Part shown: positions 17,768 through 24,676 of the stretch, piece by piece | Layout of the letters: every line of letters starts with the position of its first letter | Position numbering within the stretch: position 1 is the stretch's first letter | Source of the DNA: Fidelibacterota bacterium | GTDB taxonomy: Bacteria; Fidelibacterota; Marinisomatia; Marinisomatales; TCS55 | Assembly (NCBI GenBank): GCA_027251445.1 | Contig: JAPNQO010000005.1 | Coordinates: forward strand, 1-24,676 | Direction of reading: 5' to 3' | DNA: 24,676 bases | Position numbers and translations under genes: made by a program | The notes under the pieces: generated by a model | The model's database searches: none | What the model was told of the DNA's origin: nothing | The model's input: only the letters and a program-made list of their open reading frames with translations

Positions 17768-18874
17768 TTAGAAAGCCACCGTTAACGTAAGCCAACTAAC
17801 TCCATCGAAAAATTTTGCTGTACGGTATGCATAATCAACCGTAACTCCTAAACCTGTTAATTTTGATAAATCTAAACCAACGCCAAAAGTTGGACCCCAA
17901 ATGAATTCTTCACTATTGGATTCAAACCCTTCGGCATCATCGGCGTCATCGGGTGTATTTTCAAGTCCATCAGCGCCATACGGCTCCGGATCATACCCCA
18001 TGCTTAAGCCACCTCTTAATGATAACATTTCAGCAAAAAGAAATTCCGCTCCAAATCGATACTCATCAAAAGAAAAATTATTATTTAAAAAAGAAGCTGC
18101 TACCACTCCGCTTGCTGGGCCAACATTAACATTATAAGAAACACCCAACTCTAATGTGGTAGGGAGCTCAAACTCCTGCAAATATATTCTTCGTGGCTCT
18201 GTGTTGGTGCCTGGCTCTGTAGATTGTGGCGTGTGAAATTCTTCTAGATCAGCACCACTAAAAATCATATTTAACCCAAGATTTCTCATGGAAGCACCCA
18301 AGCTAAACCCAGTCTCTGATTTATATTGAACACCCGCGTCAATTGCAAAACCACGGGCATTTTCTCTCATGATAGATTCACTTATAAGCTTCATGGTGGT
18401 TCCAAAGAATATTCTGTCCGTCATTTTCCTTGAATACAAGAATCCAAATGTTAAATAACTGGGAGAATACATCTCTCCTGTACCATCCGGCAAGACTGCA
18501 GTAGTTACGGGGATATCACCAAAATCAAGAGACTTTAATGATACTCCAAAAACATTATTGCCTCCAAACTTGTAGGCTATTGCTGCTGAAGTAACTCCAA
18601 TATCAGCAATCCAGCTTGAATATGAAGACAGAGCTTGGCCGCTATTCTCCATACCGGCTACGCCTGCCATATTCCACTCAACTGCTTCTAATCCAGAGAT
18701 ACCAGCAACATATGCTCCTGCCATAGCTGTACCACGTGAACCCGTAGGAATTAACAGCTCTTGCGCACCTGCAGTTCCTCTTCTTTTTTTACTTCCTGCT
18801 TCAACAATATTAATTGCAAAACTAACAAGCAATGTAACTGCTAAAACAATATGTATATTTTTTTGTCTTATCAT
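17768..18874 (-). CDS. PorV/PorQ family outer-membrane beta-barrel (FadL-like fold)
   Basis: GTAGAQELLIPTGSRGTAMAGA..WNMAG PorV-type N-terminus, alternating beta strands, VDYAY and C-terminal beta-signal WLTLTVAF. ATG at 18874 has GGAG 6 nt upstream and is preferred over the TTG at 18889. Confidence 0.88.
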   Translation of the reverse strand: MIRQKNIHIVLAVTLLVSFAINIVEAGSKKRRGTAGAQELLIPTGSRGTAMAGAYVAGISGLEAVEWNMAGVAGMENSGQALSSYSSWIADIGVTSAAIAYKFGGNNVFGVSLKSLDFGDIPVTTAVLPDGTGEMYSPSYLTFGFLYSRKMTDRIFFGTTMKLISESIMRENARGFAIDAGVQYKSETGFSLGASMRNLGLNMIFSGADLEEFHTPQSTEPGTNTEPRRIYLQEFELPTTLELGVSYNVNVGPASGVVAASFLNNNFSFDEYRFGAEFLFAEMLSLRGGLSMGYDPEPYGADGLENTPDDADDAEGFESNSEEFIWGPTFGVGLDLSKLTGLGVTVDYAYRTAKFFDGVSWLTLTVAF

Positions 18875-18891
18875 TTTTTTCTCCAACAAAA

Positions 18892-21800
18892 TTAATAAAC
18901 ATCAAGCCGTTCTTCAGGCATGAATACGGCTAATTTCATAACTTTTTCTCCTATAGAATTGCCATTAGCATCTTCTATAGATAAATGTGCTACATACATC
19001 CCGCTAGCTACAGGAATATTAAATGAATTCCTTAAATCCCACTGTACGCGCCTATCAGAACTATTTTCAGAATCAATCGTCTTGTCTAATACTCTTATCT
19101 GATCGCCAGAAATAGTGAATATTCTGATAGTTGTTTTACCAACACCTAGATTAGTAAAGTAGACAAATCGGTTTAACTGATTTCTTTCTTCCGGATTTTG
19201 TCCAAAATATGGATTTGGAAACACATTAACTGAAGCAACTTGAGATTCTAATGCATCACCAGTAGCAGTTGCTGCACCTGCAGCATCTATTGTGTACACA
19301 TCTTCTCCAGGAAAGATAGGATTTACAAAACCTACTTTAAAAACATTTCCTGGCTCAAATGATGTGTTTGTTTTATCAAATTTTATACCCCACCCCATAT
19401 TAGTATTGGAATGATAATCAGCTAATACAGCTCCTGTATAATCTTGATAAATAGGGATCAACATAAAATTAATTGTAAACTTATAACTACCAGCATTATC
19501 TGCGTCTTCCTCATAAAGAGGGGTTCCTCCTCCAATATGATACAAAGCCGCATCTATTTGCCTATCTTCCTCTGCAGACCAAACTTCAAACGGTAATGTT
19601 ATGGCTTCAATTACGCTAGCATTACCACTTATATAGGTACCCTGAGAACCACTTGCTGTAAAACGAAACTCAATATCTAACATTAAGTCTTCAGCTCCAG
19701 GCCTGCTGGTTGGCTGTGTTAGTGGGGTCTGCTCTAAAAAGCCTGCCCAAGTACCATCTCCTGCTGTTGACAACCCTCCAAAAACTATCGCTGTTGAATC
19801 ATTATCGTCCACAATGCTTTCAGCGCTTGAGTTTGAAGTTGGCGGATCAAATGTTGCATCTCGTGCACTAACAATAAATCCATCTGTTATTGTATTTGTG
19901 ACTGCCCAAAAAGGTAGTTTATCAAATGGCAGAGTTGCTTGATAGTCTTCAGTTGAAGGAAAAATCATATCAGTAGCCAATACATCATTAGCTGCATTTT
20001 TCAAAAACCAATATGAATTAGAATCAACCACATCAAATGATACGGTATATGATTCACCAGTTAATAAATAAGGATCTACAACTATTGGATCAAACTTTGC
20101 ATCTGATTTCCCTACATGACTCACATCAAGGGTGTCTTTTATAGTATTTGATAAAGCAGCGCCCACCCCAGGGTTTCCAGGGACGGCAATCACAGCATTG
20201 ATAGGACTTTCTATGACACGCTTAGCAGCATCTGGATCATACGCGAAAGCTGTTACAGCAAAATAATACTTCCTATTATTAATAAGGTCACGACTGTTCA
20301 GCTTATCATACGTTACTTCCATATAATGCTTTAAACCAGAGTCCGTACCAAACTGCGATGGAAGCTCCAAAAGCTCTCCAGTATCTTCATCAAGCTCTAA
20401 ATCTAATATGAGCTTGATACCATCTACGACATCATACGTTCCTATTCTCTCCCAAGGGCCGTTGAAAGAAGCCCCTTGATAGATATTATACCCTTGAAAT
20501 CCATAACTTCCACAGTCATAACTTTCAATTACATCTGTTCCTTCTTCAAAGGAGAGAACAACCTTTTGATCAAGCTGTGCAACTTCTACGGAAGGAGACG
20601 GAGGGGAACAAACATTAAAATTAGCATCAAAGGCACCTTGAGCAAAATTATCAAAATATAACATTTTTGTAATAGATTTTGCCCAGTTAGATCCTGCAGC
20701 AATGATTATAGCACCAACTACTTCCTGAGTGTCTCCAGGAGCAAAGTAGAATGGACCTGAAGTCATTAAATAGCGCCTGTCACCAGGAACATCATCAATC
20801 CACCCTGTACCTGTTGTAGGATCGCCATCATGAACAAAAATAGATTCTTGTCCAGTTATTGGATTAATATATGGATCGCCAGTTGTCCCAACCAATCCAT
20901 TCATATAATTATATGTTTCTTCTGCTGTTTCAGGATCAGAATAAATTGGATTACCATTAATATATTTAACAAAAGAAGTCATACCTAATTTCTTCATATC
21001 TTGAAAAGTTCGTAAATGATACCCTTGTTCTTCTGACCAAGTAAAAATTGTCGCGGAATCACCAACAGACCGAACCAATGGTCCTTGGAAAAAGTCTGCA
21101 CCAGCTGCTGGGACCTCTACTCCATACGTATTATCACCATCTGCATCATTATATGTATAACCAACGCTCGAAGCTATATCACAACCAACCAGATCGTCCG
21201 TCGCATCGCCTACATCATCATCATGCCACATGGAAACAAATACACTATCTAGTTCATCAGCCCCTTTATTAATCATCACCCAGCGCACAAATAAAATGTT
21301 TCCCATTGGACCTGCTTGATCAAATCCAAAAACAGAAGTCTGAACATCAACGTTCATTGGAGCAGTACCCCAAAGCGGTGTATGTGTAGCTGCATTTCCA
21401 TCATTCATAACATACCAATGAAATACATCGCCTAAAATGTCTGGGTAATCCCCATCTGCTGGATTATAAACACCATCTCCATTTGCATCTTTCCATGGAG
21501 CCCCATCATGAACAGGCCAATTTAAAAAATCATCTGTTGGTAATGTTTTAGCAATTTGTTCCGTAAAGGCGCTAGAACCTTCTACGGTTGTAATGGGAAG
21601 CTCTAATGACATTGCCTGAAAAGTTGCCCAATCATTCTCTAAAAACGCGTCCACCTCTTTCTTGTGAATCTGATATATATGACCAGAGTTGACGTCATCG
21701 GAACCAATCGAGCCAGGTACAAATTCAACCGTATATTCTGCAGCTGCTGTACGTATTTCATCAACCCAGTCTGCACCAGGAGCTTTGCTCCTACCGCTTG

Positions 21801-22077
21801 CAAGCCAAATTCCAGCTTGGAAAATAGCAAGCTTTCCACTTCCTTTTGGCCATTCAAGACCGGAATTTCCAGTAATTGCATAGCTAACTACAGGCCCATT
21901 ATTTCCATGAATTGTACTTATTTGGTTTCCATCCCAAATTACATGTTCCACTGAGGCAGCCGCCATCGATCTTGCATCATGCTGATAGGAGCCATGAATC
22001 TCTCTCCCAACAGGTTCCGCAGACCATAAAACTGCAACTGCTATTATTGCGATAAGTAATTGTTGATAGTATTTCAT
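18892..22077 (-). CDS. Large secreted protein (1061 aa) with an FN3-like domain and a variant T9SS-like C-terminal domain; function unknown
   Basis: Signal peptide without a lipobox. GLEWPKG, DxDxGD and GDRRYL..SGPF segments, FN3-like FQGYNIY..YYFAVTAF, and CTD VFPNPY..FTNL..IRIFTISG..WDLRN..VASGMY..KLAVF. AAGGAG RBS upstream. Confidence 0.82.
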   Translation of the reverse strand: MKYYQQLLIAIIAVAVLWSAEPVGREIHGSYQHDARSMAAASVEHVIWDGNQISTIHGNNGPVVSYAITGNSGLEWPKGSGKLAIFQAGIWLASGRSKAPGADWVDEIRTAAAEYTVEFVPGSIGSDDVNSGHIYQIHKKEVDAFLENDWATFQAMSLELPITTVEGSSAFTEQIAKTLPTDDFLNWPVHDGAPWKDANGDGVYNPADGDYPDILGDVFHWYVMNDGNAATHTPLWGTAPMNVDVQTSVFGFDQAGPMGNILFVRWVMINKGADELDSVFVSMWHDDDVGDATDDLVGCDIASSVGYTYNDADGDNTYGVEVPAAGADFFQGPLVRSVGDSATIFTWSEEQGYHLRTFQDMKKLGMTSFVKYINGNPIYSDPETAEETYNYMNGLVGTTGDPYINPITGQESIFVHDGDPTTGTGWIDDVPGDRRYLMTSGPFYFAPGDTQEVVGAIIIAAGSNWAKSITKMLYFDNFAQGAFDANFNVCSPPSPSVEVAQLDQKVVLSFEEGTDVIESYDCGSYGFQGYNIYQGASFNGPWERIGTYDVVDGIKLILDLELDEDTGELLELPSQFGTDSGLKHYMEVTYDKLNSRDLINNRKYYFAVTAFAYDPDAAKRVIESPINAVIAVPGNPGVGAALSNTIKDTLDVSHVGKSDAKFDPIVVDPYLLTGESYTVSFDVVDSNSYWFLKNAANDVLATDMIFPSTEDYQATLPFDKLPFWAVTNTITDGFIVSARDATFDPPTSNSSAESIVDDNDSTAIVFGGLSTAGDGTWAGFLEQTPLTQPTSRPGAEDLMLDIEFRFTASGSQGTYISGNASVIEAITLPFEVWSAEEDRQIDAALYHIGGGTPLYEEDADNAGSYKFTINFMLIPIYQDYTGAVLADYHSNTNMGWGIKFDKTNTSFEPGNVFKVGFVNPIFPGEDVYTIDAAGAATATGDALESQVASVNVFPNPYFGQNPEERNQLNRFVYFTNLGVGKTTIRIFTISGDQIRVLDKTIDSENSSDRRVQWDLRNSFNIPVASGMYVAHLSIEDANGNSIGEKVMKLAVFMPEERLDVY

Positions 22078-22123
22078 TATTAAAACTTCTCCTTTATTTG
22101 GAATTATCTATCCTAATTATTTT

Positions 22124-24676
22124 TTAGAAATCTACCCGCACACCTAATTGAACGTGACGAGCGCTTGCATAATTAGTTGGAAAGGCAATCCGCGAATTAT
22201 AAAGTTGTTCACCAAATGCTTGTGTCCCTATAGAATAGTCATTGACCCAATTCTGTCCTGCTTGAGTAGTAAGATATCCATCGTTGTCAGGTAAACCAGA
22301 ATAATTATATACATCTGTTACCATCTGAGTATTAAAAACATTATTAACAACACAGAACACACCTACTGCAATATTATTTACCATAAATGTCTTATCTAAT
22401 CGTAAGTCGGCATTAAATGTAGATGGCATAACCCCTGAGTTAAGAGCTGCAATTGGCTGATCAGACAACTGTCCACCAAAAATAGCAGTTCTTGGTTTTG
22501 AAGGCGTGTATTTCATGCCGCTACCATAGCGGAATAACATATTAGCGCCAAAAAGCTTCAAGAGACCTTTGTTGCCTGTTCTATAGTCAATTACAAGACT
22601 TGCCGTATGTCGTTGATCAAAATTCAGCGGAGATGTAAACGTTGGGTCATTCCCCCCTAACCAAGCAATACGATATCCAGTATCTGCATTAGAACCTGTC
22701 CCCCCAGCATAGCTTAATGTATAGTTTGCATCTATCTTTGTGTTCCCTAAGCGACGGGTTCTTAATGAGAAAGCCAATCCTTTATTTGTAGAAAAATCTC
22801 CATTACTATATAGCGCATAGCCTGTTGGAGAAGCTGCTATATTTCTAATTTGGATGAAATCCTTCTTCTCAGTATAAAAAAGCGTCAAATCGATGCTAAT
22901 ATCATTTGTTACTAATTGTTTAAACCCAATTTCATATTCCGTTGTTTTCGTTGGTTGTAATTCAGGGTTGTTTGATCGTGTATAATTCCCCTGTTGAATA
23001 TTTGATAAGAAACGATTCCAACTAATATACAAATTGTCCCATCGAGCAGGTTGTAAATATTTTCCATACGTTGCATGAAACGCTGTCCGATCTGTAATAG
23101 GAAAACCAATTCCTATACGTGGACTGATTTGCTTAGACGGACTAACGTCAACCTGATGAGGGAGCCCACTGTTATCATCATCTGTTGGGCTTGCAGAAGT
23201 ATACTCTCGCGGGTCTGCAACACCATCACCATTTATATCATTATAATACACTTGGCTTGCTAAGTATCCATCACTATTAATCACAATATTGCTTTTCCCG
23301 CCTGTTAATGGATTAAACACTTTATTTGCAGGATCAATGTAGTCGTAACGGAGGCCAATATTTAAAATGAGATCATCTGTTTCAAACTTATCTTGAAAAT
23401 ATCCAGCCATAATAATAGGTGTGCGAGCTTTATTTATACTCTGCATTAGAGATGAGCTCTCAGGGCCACCTGTTACATCATACCCAACATTGTTTGCATA
23501 CGCACTTTTATATGCCTGAAAAAGGTAATCATTCCAATATGCAGCATAATCAGTTCCTGTATATGTATCAGAAGGGTCTTGTTTAAAGTCTGCTTCGCCA
23601 TCTGATCCAGCAACTAAAGCGCCTGCGCCATTGTTGTAATCAGGATCCCATGTCCAGCGATCACTTGTTTCAGAGTACGGCTTGTTACTATGAAAATATC
23701 TTGCGACACTACCACCAGAAACTGAATAACTTCTGATGGTTCCTTTTTCATACGCACCACCCATTTTAAGCTCATGCTTACCATACTGCCAAAGAAGGTT
23801 AGCTTTAATTTCATCGCGAAGCTTTTCTGCTTTATAAACTCCACTATAGCCACTATTTACACCTGCAACAGAATAGTTTGCAAGCTCTACCTGTGTAACT
23901 GGGGAAAGGTTTACCCCTCTATATAGAGGATTTACCCAGGTTGTGTCATAATTAATTCTATCAAAAGTTAAGCCATCACTATAATCCCAATAATCTCTGG
24001 TAACTTCATTCCCAGAGCCATCTATATATATCCATTCTGGTGTCCCACTAAGGTCATAATATTTACCACCTTGTATATAAGGGACTTCTGATGATGATAC
24101 CGAACCATCCTCATAAACAAAACCACCATAACCATCTTTTGTAACTGGGTCATAGGAATTATCTTTTATGGATCCACGACTGTACTGTATATTAAAAAAC
24201 ATTTTATCAAAACTTGGCACATTGCCTGAAAGGCGAGTATAAAAAGTGGACATTTCGCTTTCTGACTGACTGTATCTATGCTTTAAGCTCCCGCCAGTTT
24301 GAATTCCATCCATTGTGCTTGCGTCGTTATAGTATGTAAATAGAGATCTGGCGTGTGAATAGTTTGAACTATGAGAGTCAAACAATGCTCCGCCAAACTT
24401 TAAACGCCACGCAAAAGGAATCAAAGCTTCTAAGTCAACCAGTATGTTCCAGTTTGCATTTAAACGTTTATACCAATTATCTGATCTTGGGCCATACACA
24501 AACTTAATATCATCATCGCCTAGGCGAAGATAGCTTGGTTCTGTATATGCTCCATCTCCATCAGAATCTGTATACGATTCACCAGCGTCCCATATTGTAT
24601 TGCCGTTTGCATCAACAAATGCTTCCCCGTTATTTGGAAGCCCATTCGCAGTGTTTAGCTTACTTTTATCAATTAA
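22124..24676 (-). CDS. TonB-dependent outer-membrane receptor, C-terminal part, truncated by the right edge
   Basis: Frame stays open from 24499 to base 24676 (59 more codons with no stop). Motifs YFQDKFE..LNIGLRYDY, ISPRIG..FPITD, NPELQP.KT..YEIG, PLNFDQRH and DLRLDK. C-terminal beta-signal RHVQLGVRVDF. Confidence 0.92.
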   Translation of the reverse strand, partial: LIDKSKLNTANGLPNNGEAFVDANGNTIWDAGESYTDSDGDGAYTEPSYLRLGDDDIKFVYGPRSDNWYKRLNANWNILVDLEALIPFAWRLKFGGALFDSHSSNYSHARSLFTYYNDASTMDGIQTGGSLKHRYSQSESEMSTFYTRLSGNVPSFDKMFFNIQYSRGSIKDNSYDPVTKDGYGGFVYEDGSVSSSEVPYIQGGKYYDLSGTPEWIYIDGSGNEVTRDYWDYSDGLTFDRINYDTTWVNPLYRGVNLSPVTQVELANYSVAGVNSGYSGVYKAEKLRDEIKANLLWQYGKHELKMGGAYEKGTIRSYSVSGGSVARYFHSNKPYSETSDRWTWDPDYNNGAGALVAGSDGEADFKQDPSDTYTGTDYAAYWNDYLFQAYKSAYANNVGYDVTGGPESSSLMQSINKARTPIIMAGYFQDKFETDDLILNIGLRYDYIDPANKVFNPLTGGKSNIVINSDGYLASQVYYNDINGDGVADPREYTSASPTDDDNSGLPHQVDVSPSKQISPRIGIGFPITDRTAFHATYGKYLQPARWDNLYISWNRFLSNIQQGNYTRSNNPELQPTKTTEYEIGFKQLVTNDISIDLTLFYTEKKDFIQIRNIAASPTGYALYSNGDFSTNKGLAFSLRTRRLGNTKIDANYTLSYAGGTGSNADTGYRIAWLGGNDPTFTSPLNFDQRHTASLVIDYRTGNKGLLKLFGANMLFRYGSGMKYTPSKPRTAIFGGQLSDQPIAALNSGVMPSTFNADLRLDKTFMVNNIAVGVFCVVNNVFNTQMVTDVYNYSGLPDNDGYLTTQAGQNWVNDYSIGTQAFGEQLYNSRIAFPTNYASARHVQLGVRVDF

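Noticed and set aside
17901..23853. Short alternative-frame or antisense ORFs inside the cluster, including the His-rich 21048..21272 ORF
   Set aside because: All are nested in long genes. The His runs come from reading Asp-rich (GAT) sequence on the opposite strand.
24497..24499. GTG given as the start of the TonB-dependent receptor
   Set aside because: The frame is open to the window edge, and the signal peptide and plug are missing, so the real start lies outside the window.
15168..24676. Visibly higher GC than the left 15 kb, suggesting a horizontally acquired island
   Set aside because: The shift is explained by Gly/Ala/Asp/Thr-rich, Lys/Ile-poor proteins. No integrase, transposase, tRNA or flanking direct repeat is visible. 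A GC3 or tetranucleotide comparison would settle it.
1..24676. CRISPR arrays, tRNA/rRNA genes, insertion sequences
   Set aside because: The largest intergenic gap is about 120 nt. I saw no spaced repeats, cloverleaf or transposase motif.

Overview
AT-rich, very densely coded bacterial chromosome segment. It most likely comes from a non-Bacteroidota FCB-group organism such as Marinimicrobia/Marinisomatota; this is an inference from the archaeal-type ProS, the rhomboid with a C-terminal DUF6576-like tail, the NYPNPFNP-type C-terminal sorting domain, the PorV/PorQ barrel and the tight gene packing. From left to right: (1) the end of a sugar-catabolism operon (sugar porter, ROK kinase, SIS protein); (2) proS-recO-rhomboid on the minus strand; (3) a nine-gene plus-strand run (amidohydrolase, TrmH, CPBP protease, mgtE, GT2, DUF3108-like protein, membrane protein, AroQ-like protein, M23 peptidase); (4) a parvulin PPIase; (5) a more than 9.5 kb minus-strand outer-membrane cluster made of a TonB-dependent receptor, a 1061-aa secreted protein with a variant T9SS-like C-terminal domain (CTD), a PorV/PorQ barrel and an 836-aa acidic CTD protein, ending in a terminator. 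That cluster has no SusD downstream of the receptor and is the best candidate for an undescribed system. Other highlights are an AroQ homologue missing its catalytic residues, a ROK kinase with a rewritten active site and no Zn motif, overlapping inverted repeats before the last cluster gene, and a possible +1 frameshift at the start of the CPBP gene. I saw no rRNA, tRNA, CRISPR array or mobile element. All family calls come from motif recognition by eye, not database searches.
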